Source of the DNA: Adineta vaga
Lineage: Eukaryota; Animalia; Rotifera
Direction of reading: 5' to 3'
DNA: 64,000 bases
NCBI GenBank assembly: GCA_021613535.1
Contig: CP075497.1
Span: 12,090,001-12,154,000 of the forward strand
This document shows positions 26,301 to 38,046 of the stretch, in pieces. Positions within the stretch are counted from its first letter, which is position 1; every line of letters starts with the position of its first letter. The translations under genes were made by a program, and so were the position numbers. The notes beneath the pieces were generated by a model. It did not search any database, was not told the DNA's origin, and was given only the letters and a program-made list of their open reading frames with translations.

Positions 26301-27503
26301 CCATTAGGACAAGAGCGAATGAATAGTACTGTGTTTATTCGCAAGGCATCACCAATACGTTGTGCTCCTTCATGGCCGATTCGATTGTACTCGAGACTTA
26401 GTGTGGTGAGTGTCTGTAGAGGAAGGAGAGCATGGGTGGGTCAATTAGGACAAGACTGAATGAGTATTACCGTGTTTACTTGCAAGGCATCACCAATATG
26501 TTGTGCTCCTTGATCACCGATTTGATTGTCCCAGAGATTTAGTGTGGTGAGTGTCTATAGACGAGAGAGAGTATGGATGTGTCAATTAGGACAAGAGCGA
26601 ATGAATATTACTGTGTTTATTCGCAAGGCATCACCAATATGTTGTGCTCCTTCATGGCCGATTCGATTGTACTCGAGACTTAGTGTGGTGAGTGTCTATG
26701 TATAGAATATTCATTTGGAGAATGTGGGTAAATCAATCGGAACTTTATAGTAAGGATTTTCAATTAGATATTGCACTATACAAGAGGTGTGGCGGTAGTG
26801 TGGGCAAGTGTTCGATCTGGGTTCATGGAATGAAAAGAGAAATTGGTGCTTGTCTGATTATTACTGAGTTAATGTTCGAATCGTCAGATGAGTAGAGTGA
26901 GTACTGTACTGAAGGTAGTTATACTTGTTTATTTCGAAGGGTTTTGGATTGTTATTTTTAGATTTGGTTTGCGAAAGATCGTATTGAGTCGGGGCAGAAT
27001 ATGAAACAATTCACTTTATTTTATTGGGTGGGTTGCAAAAATAGTTGTTGAATTGTTCAAGAGTTGCAATAGAGACATTTGTTTAAAACGGGAAAGGTGT
27101 TTTAATGCTGTGGTTTTGTTCTTGTGCGGCAGATGAGTGCACGTTTAGTAAGATATATATTTTATGGGTATAGATAGAAAAGAACAGGTGAGAGGAAGGG
27201 TTGTTTTAATAGCATGAGTCAATTTTGTGCTTGGTTGACTCGTGGAAATTGCTTCGGAATTGTGAAATGTGTTTTTTTTTTGAGTAAACTGATTAAGTTA
27301 GATATTGCTAGGTTCATGTGTGCTTGAACAGTTGAGAAAATAGGTAAAGCACTTTGCAAACTTACTTGATATCGATGATAAATGTTCAGAATTTGATTAA
27401 AACGTTGGCAAACATTTTGCATTGAACAAAATAGTGTAAAATCAGACAGATGATCCAAAATTCGATAGACGAGTTCAATCGGTAATGTTGAAAATGTGTA
27501 CAT
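23346..27503 (-). CDS. F-box + 24 RI/NLRC3-type leucine-rich repeats, one LRR per exon (~720 aa predicted)
   Basis: Exon 1 (27366-27503) MYTFSTLPIELVYRILDHLSDFTLFCSMQNVCQRFNQIL is an F-box, followed by a GTAAGT donor. Then 23 exons of exactly 84 bp (26612-26695 down to 23496-23579; consensus TLTTLNLxxNQIGDQGAQHIGDALRINT) and a terminal exon 23346-23438 (TLTTLDLRGNQIGDEGRKYLRNTFENRLLL*). All introns are GT..AG, phase 0; no stops or frameshifts in exons. Confidence 0.9.
23400..26697. repeat. Tandem array of 141/143-bp units (84-bp LRR exon + 57/59-bp intron)
   Basis: Periodicity read directly (e.g. ATTAC donors at 23491, 23632, 23773). More GC-rich than the flanks. Confidence 0.97.
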
Positions 27504-28729
27504 ATTCGCTTTAAATTCCACAAAAGTTTGTTGAGAATACAAGCTATTGAATATATTTTGTTTGTTATGAAAAGAAATTCGCTTTACTATTACTGATAGT
27601 ATTGTATTTTTGTTATTCGAAAAAGGTAATGAAATCTGACGATTTCAACAAAAGCGAATAGCTCGTTTATGCAGAAAGATGGCGTTAATGTATTTATTGA
27701 TTGGAGTTTCGTTTGACGTGTATGATTATCAGTGTCAGTATCAGTATACACTCAAGATATGTATTTTTCATTAGTAATTTTTTGAGTTTTGCAAAAGAGT
27801 TCGTTTTAAGAAAGGATATTTTTGCATGTGATATTCAACAAAAGTTCAATCAGAAAAGGAAATCTTTGAGGGTAGATACCGATAGTCTCTACTTTTCACA
27901 CTCACGCTCCATACCCTCACAAACTAATTTCATTCCATTAGTTCGACGTAAGGCAATTTTTGTTTCAAATACGTCTATCCTTAAAGATCTTAACAAGAAA
28001 ATTAATTGAATTAAAGAAAACAAAGCCGGTTCATCTTATCGTGATGTGTGAGATAACGTTTTTGTATGAACAACTGGTGGCGTATCAAATATTCTCAAAA
28101 GCAAAAGAAAACACATGAAAGTATAAACTAAGTTCGAGTCTGACTCTCACCGAGTTAACTGAGGCTGTTGCATGTCTATGCCATCGTATCTCTAAGATGT
28201 TCTTATATGATTTGCTTATTCCGCTACGTTTTTCATTGATTCCAATAGTGTTCAAACTAGACAAATTACTGTACTTTATTTTTCTCAAACCTGCTACGGG
28301 TTCGATTCTATCTATGTGTTCATTTATTGAATTATCATCTCTAGAATGATCAATAGTTTCTATTTCAATATTACAAAACTTTTAATGATTTTATGAATAA
28401 ATAATGACCGACTGATGATTGTAATCTCATATTATATCTATCGAAAGCGCGTATTTAGCTCGTACTGAAGGGTAGAGCAATATTTTGATCTTGTGCAGCC
28501 TTTAACTTTTAACCCATGATCCTTCACATTGACCCCACCTATCATCCTACCCTTAATCTACTTTCGGTTTCCGATGTTTAAGACAGTCTTGTAGAAAATG
28601 GTTTTTTGACCTTTGACACTGACACAAAAACGCACAGAAACTTTTTTTTCATATGACGCTCCTTTCTGTGGAAGGAATAAGGTGTGGGTGTAAGTGTTCC
28701 TTGACAGAGTACGCACATACATACATCCA

Positions 28730-28925
28730 CACAAGGGGAAAAGGCCGATCCTGGATCCTCATAGTTCCTGCGATCACACAGTTCATGATGACCAATGATA
28801 ACTCATGAGTATCTTTCAGGATTCACGAGAGTCAGCCTTTTTGAGATACCAGGATTTATGGGGAGCCATGAGGGTCCGAAAGTTTTATAGGATTTGGGTA
28901 TCAAGGATCCGCTTTTTCCCCTTTG
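28730..28925. mobile_element. Small MITE (CMC-like)
   Basis: CACAAGGGGAAAAGGCCGATCCTGGA is inverse to TCAAGGATCCGCTTTTTCCCCTTTG. CA flanks both sides. Nested in a GGTGTGGGTGT...ACCCACACC inverted simple repeat. Confidence 0.6.
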
Positions 28926-28956
28926 CAGACCCACACCCACCCACACCCTCAAGATG

Positions 28957-29270
28957 GCAGTAAAATGACCTTTTTAGCTTCATAAACCCTTTGAAACAGG
29001 GTTTTTATTCTGCCATTCCTTCCGAAGCGTATATTTAACAACCCTGCTTCGAAAGGTTTATGAAACCAAAAAGGTCATTTTATTGCTAAAATGTCCGAAA
29101 GGGTTGATCAAAGTGCAACGTATGAAATACCCTTTATAGGGTTTATGAATTAGAAGGGTATATAAAAAGGTTGATTATTCTAATAAATTCGAAAAACGTA
29201 TATTAAAAGGTTGATAAGGATAAAAAACGTTTTTGGAGCGTTTATCAATCGACGACGTTTGTTTTCAGTG
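28957..29270 (-). mobile_element. CACTA/EnSpm-type end (terminating ...CAGTG) with an internal ~130-bp palindrome
   Basis: GCAGTAAAATGACCTTTTT...AAAAAGGTCATTTTATTGC inverted repeat (28957-29086). The terminus matches 17846-17940 in inverse orientation. Confidence 0.65.
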
Positions 29271-29461
29271 ATATCAGATATATTAAATTTTCTTATCGCA
29301 TCGAATCAGAAACTAATTTTTCTCTGTTAGCCTATGTTCAAGCGACCTCTGTATTGGTTAAAGATTATAACTTTAGTTATAACCAGTTCGACGTTTTCCT
29401 AGTTGTCTCAACTTAAAACTTTTGAAAAATTCTCTTTAACTTTTGCTACGAAGAACAAGTC

Positions 29462-30110
29462 ATTTCAAAGTTGACGCTTTGTTTTTTGTTAATGCGTTAC
29501 ATAAATAAGAAAAAAGTCTTATTCGTTTGAATTAAAGTATAATTTCAATTATATTCATTCATTGTTCTTCTTTTTCGACAAGAATAAATTCACATTTTTA
29601 TAAGAGACACACACACGTGAATAACTAGAGAATTAGGAAGTAGAAATTAATTAACAAAGAATTTCTTTTTCAGATACGAAATCGTCTGGAACAAAAAAAG
29701 AAAATAATCAGAAATTTGTGTACATCAGAAAGATTTTGCACTACTTAGGTGCTACAGCTGGACCTTGGTGAGACGAAAGTGATGGTGTATTTGTTGTAAT
29801 TGCTTCTTGAAGAACTCGTTCTTCACTGTGATATCGTTTATGCATGATTAATGGATCTGGTGGTGATGTACATGTTAATCATTCAGCATATCATTAAAAA
29901 TAACATTCACACCACTAGTACTTGATGGAAGAACATCACCCTAATAAAGATCAAATAAATCAAATTTTATATCTTCTCATTGAATTAGAATGTTGAAATA
30001 AACCTGTTTGAACTGTTCCTCGTGGTCGATGTTCAGGCCAAACTTCACTTAATGATCTTGATCGACGATGTGCAACAACTGCATGTCCATTATTATGGTC
30101 AACATGTATA
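29462..30110 (-). pseudogene. Second KIF23 3' fragment (last exons, 3' UTR and spacer up to the chitinase stop)
   Basis: Reverse complement aligns to ~56055-56999 ([46 protein letters not shown]|RFRI*). One exon deleted, frameshift present. Confidence 0.9.
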
Positions 30111-30322
30111 TCAATGTTGAAAGTGGGTGAGAGAGAGGGTATCTGACGAGGTAACGAGGTGATAGCTGACTGATCATTTGTGATTTCGATCCATTTTGGT
30201 GTGTCTGAGTCGTGACGATTTCGCCATCAGTTCTTACAAATCCTCCATCCCTTTATTCTTTTTTAGAATTACTTTATATAAAAAAATACTTTAAAAAAAA
30301 CACAGGAAAGGTTTTTTGTTCA

Positions 30323-33300
30323 CTAAAAATCCAGACTTGCATAATTATTTTCAATATCTTCATCTGATAAAAATACAGATGAATAAATCGAATTGTTCTT
30401 AGTATTCAATTGAACTGATTGTCTTTTATTTGATTCGTCTATTTTTGATGATACACGTGTATTTGAATTGTAAATTGTATGAGAAGTTTGTTTATCAAGA
30501 CTCTCACTTGGTAAATAAGATCGTTTTGCTAATGTCACAACATTTGTTCGTTCATTACTCGTCATTCGTGAAAGTAATCTTCGTCCATCATTAGTTCCGA
30601 CATGTTCGAGATGTTGATAATTCGTTGGCTCGGATATTACAACATCTGAAAATGATTTTGAAGAATTAGAAAATCTTTTGGAATTTCTGTCTGAAATGTT
30701 TAATGATATTTTTGTTCGACTTTCATGTTTTATATAAAGTAATCTTGAATGGTTTTGATTAAGTTCTTGATCATTTGAAAGTGATATTGATCCATCGATG
30801 GTTAGTGGAGAAGTTTTCGATAGAGGAAAGGATTGTAACCAAAGTCCATTGAAAATATCATAAATATCGATCGATTTTTCTGAATAAAGAAATAAATATG
30901 GTTCAGAATATGATGTGGATATTGGTAAAGATGGCCACATTAATTCTTGATGACGTGTTCGCATTCCACTTAGAAAATTTATATAAAGACCGATTTTACG
31001 ATAAACAAGTAACAATTCAGTTATTGTTGAAGTATCTAAATCAATAAAATATTTTCAATCAAATCGCAAAAATCATTTTTTTATTTACTTCTGACAACAA
31101 TCACTCGTAATATTTCCAAAGATCTTTCAAAGAAGCTTTTCAATGTTGGATCTTTATCTCTTAATAATTTAATACTTGGAAATTGTCGATCAATCCTTTG
31201 TGCAAGAAATGTTGATCCATAACCATACCAAATAATTCGTTCATCGGAATCTTGAATTTTGATCATGGAAATTTCTAAATATGTAATGATATGTGTTGTA
31301 TGTAAATCACATAAATGTGTGTAAGGATAAGGGTGAGGTTTAGGATGGATTTTATAAACATGAAGTCCATTTTTAATTGCAACACATAATGTTAAGGAGT
31401 GAGGATCAAGTGCGAATAATGTCGCATTCTTTGTTTCAGGTATTTTTGTATCAAATGATGTTTGACAATGTTTAAGTAAATGATTGAGAGATTTTATACG
31501 AATGATTCGTTCTTTGCCAGATAAAATCACTAAGAATTGATTATTTGATAAAACAGATAATTGATAAACTTTTTTATCATATAATTTGTTCAATGCTAAA
31601 ACAATTCATAGAAACAAGATAAAGTATAGAAAATTTGTTTTGTTTTTTTACAATCGGTATGGATATCGAATAGATAAAGACCATCTTCACTGGAAAGAAG
31701 AAAACGATTTAGATCTATAATGACAAATCATTTGAATTAGTTGCGATTGAATATCTATATGATTACCGAGAATAAAAGCAGAAGTGATTTTCTTCAAATT
31801 GATATCACGAATTTCATTGACATGAAAATTCTCATGTTCCTAAGAGAAAAACAAATGAAAGATAAATTCATTGAAATTTCAGGTTAACAAACATTCAATT
31901 GGAGTGATTTTAATCGATCGATATATTGATCTCTTTCTGAACTATTATTTGCCGATACAAAGATATATTTCATTCGTTCTGGTGAAGAAATTTTCGTCAA
32001 ACGAATCTAAATTTCAATTCATTATTAAGTTTTTAAATAAAAAAGAAATTCACTTTGAAGATATTTGTAATTTCATTTTTATGTACATCAAGTCGATCGG
32101 ATGCTCTGATTGGATAAATATGAAAATTCTGATCAATAATATCAATGATTAAAAATGGTTGAGGCCAATTGATATTTTTATCGATAATTAAATCATAGAA
32201 TAAGATTTTCGTATCAGTGATTAATAATTGGCATTTTTTCCATTCTTTTTTTAAATCTTCACTTTTAGGAATCTATTTTAAATTGAAAGGAAATTCTTTG
32301 AATTGAAACAAAAAGAAGACTTACTCGAACAATATGTTGATCAAGAAGATTAATTCGATCTAGCGAAGAAAAACAACGAGAAGATAACGATGAAAAAAAA
32401 GGTAAAGATTTACTTCGATCTTTATTAGCTAAATCACATGGACTTGATATTTTTTCCATACATTCCGAATGACAAATTATCGCACAACCTAAAAGTTTTT
32501 GATTTTATCCAAAACAAAACATGAAGCTAAGCAAGTCACATACATCTACAAATAAATCCTTGTCGAATAATTCCAATTAATGCATATCGACAAAAATGAC
32601 AAATTGTAGGTAAACGAAAATTTCCCAATGTAAAATCATGTAAAGGATTCTAAAACAAAATAATAATACTTTATGATGACACGAAAATGATCTTTGTATG
32701 AAAATATTACAGATCGAGGAGTTAACGGTTCATCAACAGTTGAAAGATCCGACTGAAATTTGAAACAGAATTTTTATTTAGAAAAAATTTATGTTCTTAC
32801 TGATGTTTCTGTAGAAAGTCTTTCCATAGAACTACGTGTTGGAAATCGATCCCTTGATAGAGACAATTGAGATTGAGCTAAGAAAAATGAAAGATTTGAA
32901 TTCTATTGACCTATTTTTCTTGGTTTTATTCAATAGGTCTTGCTATTACAGAAAAGAATTGGCTGGAAGTCTTTTACCTGATGATTTGATTTGTTTATCA
33001 ATTACTTGTTTTTTTAACAAATCATTTTCTTCTTTTAAACGATTGATTTCTAACTCGGATTGTCTAAATTTCTCTTCAAATTCTTGTCGAATTTGAATTT
33101 CTCTTTCCATTCTTATTGTTAATTGTTGAATTTCCATATGTTGTAATTTCAATGAACGACTCAAACCTCGCGACTAAAGACACCAAATTTGAAATATTCA
33201 ATTAGAAAAAATTCAAAACAAACAAGACTATTTTTTGAACTGGATGCTGTTGTAATCGTCATTGTTGTTCGAGGATTTGTTGTTTCTTCTAATTGATCCA

Positions 33301-36056
33301 ATTCTTCAATCATTTGATTTGCGAAATCTTTTAGATATAAACTTGATGATTTATCTTCAGTAATTAATTTATGAATTTTTGTAATCCATTTGGAATAGTT
33401 TCGATATTTTTTATCTAAACGAACGAATTCATCCGTTAGATTCGTTTTTTCATGTAGAATCTTATTCATTTGTTTGTAAAGATTATTGAGAAATGAAATA
33501 AGATCGTTTAAAATTGGATAATTTCCATTTTCATATTCAATTGTTAATATCATTTCATCATTTCTATTGTTTTGATCAATTTGATCGAATTCTTCACGAA
33601 ATTTTGATAGAAGAAGAGAAAGTTCATTTAAAAATGTTTTTTCTATTGAATTCGAATTTTTGATTAATAACGATTTGTAAATCATAATAAAATTATTGAT
33701 TTGTTGTTGAAATTCTTGTTTAATCGCATTGAATCGCGTTGATAAATCATTTTGTTTAAGAATATAATCAAGTTTTTTCATATTCGGAAGATCTTGAAAT
33801 AGAACCAGAATTCGCATAAGATAATTGATTTGGTCTTGTTGAAATTTTTGATATTGTTCATTGAAAAAATCTCGATTCAATTCGATTTGACGCTTTTGTT
33901 CAATTAAATCACTTGTAGATTGATTATACGATTGTTGTAAACGATTTATATCTTCTAACAGAGATGTTTGATGGACTTTTAAAGCCTTAATAGTATCTTC
34001 TTGTTCTTTAATTTCGACTTTTTTCATTGAACTTTGAGAACTATTGTATACAACTAAAAACGAAAGAAGTGAGAAGATCGAAGAAGAGGAGAGGCGCACA
34101 GGACGCTTTGCCCACTACAGTGTTTTATCTAGAGGGCAGGCGCCCCTTGGCCCACCCGGGAGAAATCAGTTCTATACCTTGAGAAGTTGAAAGTATTGAT
34201 GTTCGTATTTTTGGTGAAGGAATCGAAGATATTGAAGGAGTATTAGATGGTAGTATAGATCTAATAAAAATTGGGAAGAATGATTTATTTTATAGATGCT
34301 GAACTTACTTAGTTGGTGAATAAGTAAAACCTATGAATGGAGCTTGTCGATTAAGTCCTAACTCTGTTGTTGATGAATCGAAATTCTAAAAGATAATTTT
34401 GATAAAGAATTTTCAAAAATATGACTTCATAGTTTCTACTTTGTTAATTTTCTAAATGAATAGAAAAAAAGAAAATCTAGTTGAAAAGATATCGACAAGC
34501 AAATTAAGGTATACTTTATCATGTGTTTCAAACTCACACTCAAAATCATCATTATCTATTGAGGCTTGTTTATCAGGAACGAACGGTGCTTTTGCTTTAA
34601 GAAAAAAAGAAAAGAAGTTGAAATTGGTTTCTTTTATGAAATCATTACCTTGTCGAATATTTGTCCAATTAATTGAACTAAAAAACGGATGTTTTTTAAA
34701 ATCCTCAACTCCATTTTTTCCCAAACGATCATTAGCTGGACAAAGTAAGTTTTCTAATAAATTCTTCGCATTCTTTGATACATCTGTATCGTCAGGAAAT
34801 GCAAGTGGAGTCTAAAATCGAGTTTTTGTTTTAACTAAATCTATTCGAATTTGTCAAGTACTTTTTTCTTTCCATATTCCATTATTTGTCCATAAGTTTG
34901 TGTTAAAAGTTCGGAATAAAATGGAGGAATTCCATACAACATTTCCCACATAACACATCCTAAACTCCACCAATCACATTCCATTCCATACTGATTTTGA
35001 TTCATATTCATTGCATTTAAAACTTCCGGTGAAATATAATCCGGTGTACCAACCGCAACACTATTCTGTACCTAAAATTCTATAAATTTCAAACAAAAGT
35101 TCATATCATTCATTGTCTTTACTGTTCCATCCGCTCTCATTCGTAGTGCAGAACCTAAAATGAAACGAAGATCAATGGAATTCAACTTGAAATTGTTCTC
35201 TTACCAAAATCAGCTAAATGAATATGTCCTTCACTATTGATTAAAACATTTTCAGGTCTTTGAAAAGAAAAATATTATAAATCAATAAGAAAAGATGAAT
35301 TTACTTGATATCTCGATGAATATAACCCAATTTATGCAGAGATTCTATCGCTAAAATCATTTCTGCTATATAAAATCGAGTAACTTCTTCAGAAAATTGG
35401 TCATCATGTTTTGATAATAAAGTGAGGAGATTTCCACCATGATAATATTCCATTAAGAAATACTAAATAAATACCATAGAATATATCAAAAGATGAAAAT
35501 TTTCATTTACTAGATTTTGATTATCTTGAAATGCATAATAAAGTTTTGTTATCCATTGTGGATCTCCAAAGACAAGAATATCTCGTTCTTCACGAAAACA
35601 AACTGTATCCACACGTTTTAACATGTCTGATTTACTCATAATTTTCATTGCGAATAATTTCTCCGTATTCTTCATTTTTACGACCACAACTAAATAAATT
35701 CATTCAATTATTGACAAACAATAAGAAATCGTCACCTTCACCAAATGCACCACGACCAATTGTTTTAATCGTTTCAAAATCATCTCGATTAATTCGACAT
35801 TGTTTTATCTGTGAAACAAATGTACGAACTAAAATCCAAAAGATTTATGAAAAGAAAACAAAGAAAATATCTTTACCATAATCAGAAATCCTAAAATCAT
35901 TTTGTTTCTTCGTAATGTTGCATTAGAACATTCATCATAGAGAACAAGTAATGCATCAACTAATCCATCAATATTTAGGACAGTTGAATGATTAATAATA
36001 AGCCGTTTAATTTCATCACAACGAGATTCAATAGTATTGTTAATTAATTCACTCAT
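30323..36056 (-). CDS. MRCK/DMPK-family Ser/Thr kinase (kinase, coiled coil, C1, PH, CNH, CRIB), multi-exon
   Basis: [50 protein letters not shown]; coiled coil; C1 (HDF...CHFC...GIIRQGFIC); CNH; [21 protein letters not shown]42BP/gek-like architecture. Confidence 0.9.
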
Positions 36057-36397
36057 TTTCTGTGATAAACAGAAGGATAAATGATAAAAGTTCTCTTCTC
36101 AAACAAAATTTAAAAAAAAGAAAAACTCAAAATTATTATCTCAAGACAAAAGATATCAGCGATATCTTTGGTGTATATTTCTTTCAATACAAAGAGTAAG
36201 TCAAACTGGCTTTTCAAAATGATATAGATAAGAATATAGACGTCGATTTTATCAGAAGAAATATTTTACAAACAAAAATCATGATTTATATACTAACGAC
36301 ATCTTTGTGTATGATCTTTCAAGAAAGTAAATATGACATGTCAAAATTTTATTTATGAATATAAGAATTATGACAAGGAAAACAAATGTGTTATAAT

Positions 36398-37540
36398 TCA
36401 ATTTGTACATTGAAGTTCAGTACCATATCGAGCCAATTTGCCATTATTTTTATCAGCTAAATATAATTGATATTGATCAGTAAGTACCATGTCGTATAAC
36501 GATGGATATATTGAAGTTAAATTCCATGAAAGTAACAATGATTGAGAATCGATATCATAAATTCGTACACCAAAATTAACAAATGTAACCCAGAGACGAT
36601 TGCAACTATCAACAGTGACGGATGTTGGTGATTCGGAACTACTAGCACTTGTAGCGAAGAACGTGAAAGTATAAGGTGGTGTTGTTTTTAATTGCAAAAC
36701 TTTACCACCCCATGATCCATCGGTGATATAAACAAAATTATCATCATCTGGCGCTTTTCCTAATCCATATGCATTTGTTATTCCAAGTACAACGGATTGA
36801 TTTAATGTATTCGATGGCCAATTGTAAAAATTTGCACGTGATATAGAAGCTGGATTCGTTTGTAGAAGAACACAAATGAGTGTATTATCAAAAAGCCAAA
36901 GAATACGTTGTGGTCCACCTTGAGTAAAATTCATGTTTGCAATGTTAGAGAAATTTGTTGTTGAGTAGATATTAAATGCATACGGTGTTGTTACAGGAAA
37001 AATACCAGTATAGAAACGATCTTGATAATAACTGATCGTTTGAGTTCCTGATGGTAAATTTATAGTTACGTTTGATAGAATAAAAGATGTTTTAGATACA
37101 AGACGAAGTTTTGCTAAAGCTACTACAGCTAATCTATTATTGTTACTATCTAAAACAACGCTTGTAATAGAAGGAATGTTTAATGAGCTCACATTCGATC
37201 GAATTTTTTCCATTAACCATGTCAAATTTGAACAACACGGAGCATACGGTAATAATGGTTCCAGTGAATATACTGAAACATTTGTTTGTGTAAGAATTTG
37301 AAATGGATATGATGAAAAATTTGAAAATAATTGGCAAGATGAATTGGATTTATAGAAATTAAAAACAACAACTGAGGGATGTTGAAAACAATAACATAAA
37401 CATTGTAATGGAGTAAACTGATTTTCCAACCATACTAAAGGTGCATTCGTTATAATCTGTGCTTCTCTAATAATGCCAACCGTTGTACAGTCCGTACCAA
37501 CGAAAACTATACTTAACAAAGAAATCAGCATGGACTGCAT
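36398..37540 (-). CDS. Secreted PAN/apple-like + beta-propeller (NHL/SMP-30-like) protein, copy 1, intronless
   Basis: Signal peptide MQSMLISLLSIVFVG, CLCYC...FNFYKSNSSCQLF (PAN-like), blades ending VYITDG, PTSVTVDSCNRLWV, LYLAD. First ATG is at 37540 (the track's start is a TTG). Confidence 0.75.
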   Translation of the reverse strand: MQSMLISLLSIVFVGTDCTTVGIIREAQIITNAPLVWLENQFTPLQCLCYCFQHPSVVVFNFYKSNSSCQLFSNFSSYPFQILTQTNVSVYSLEPLLPYAPCCSNLTWLMEKIRSNVSSLNIPSITSVVLDSNNNRLAVVALAKLRLVSKTSFILSNVTINLPSGTQTISYYQDRFYTGIFPVTTPYAFNIYSTTNFSNIANMNFTQGGPQRILWLFDNTLICVLLQTNPASISRANFYNWPSNTLNQSVVLGITNAYGLGKAPDDDNFVYITDGSWGGKVLQLKTTPPYTFTFFATSASSSESPTSVTVDSCNRLWVTFVNFGVRIYDIDSQSLLLSWNLTSIYPSLYDMVLTDQYQLYLADKNNGKLARYGTELQCTN

Positions 37541-38046
37541 TCTCGTAATATTAATGAGTAAATGAAAAGTATAATATTTATATAAACCATTTTTTTCCAA
37601 TGCACTTAGATCTGCAGAAATGGATATTTAAATGAAGTGCATTATATCACTTTAACAATCGATTGCACTTTTGCTGTTACTTATTCTCAAGAAGAAACAA
37701 ACAAATAAATGTTTCACAACTAATAGTATACTGAACAAACTGTAAAAGAGTTTTCCATTAAATTGTGAACTTATTCGATTGCTCTGCTCAAGGTAAAACT
37801 CTCAACAACTTGGAAAAGGCCATTTCCATGTATGAAAAGAAAACATTCATGTAACAACTAAAACGTGTTAAAGAGTTTCTATGCCACATCTCCATTCGAT
37901 CTTGTGATCCAAACCTCGAACTGATCTACATTATGCATGACAAATAATTTCGAGATCATTTATTTCTTTTTAATAGCAGAATAAAAACAATGAAATACTG
38001 TACAAATCTAACAAGACGAAAAGAGGAAAACAAGAAGATAAACAGT

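Noticed and set aside
24540-26459. Plus-strand ORFs 24540-24755 and 26244-26459, and read-through of the 57-bp spacers
   Set aside because: They are antisense shadows of the LRR exons. Almost all spacers carry in-frame TGA/TAG and GT..AG ends, so they are introns.
23400-26697. Repeat array as a CRISPR array
   Set aside because: The variable parts are a few codons within LRR exons rather than unique spacers, the context is eukaryotic, and there are no cas genes.
23400-26697. Diversity-generating retroelement behind the LRR variation
   Set aside because: Substitutions are not adenine-specific, and no reverse transcriptase or template repeat is present in the window.
32940-32980. Apparent TAA TAG stops inactivating MRCK
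   Set aside because: They fall inside a plausible intron (~32878-32977) whose removal restores the frame.
37541-37600. Track N-terminus MEKNGLYK... for the PAN proteins (also 47494-47553)
   Set aside because: Based on a TTG start. The first ATG gives a proper signal peptide, and a TATAAA lies in this stretch.
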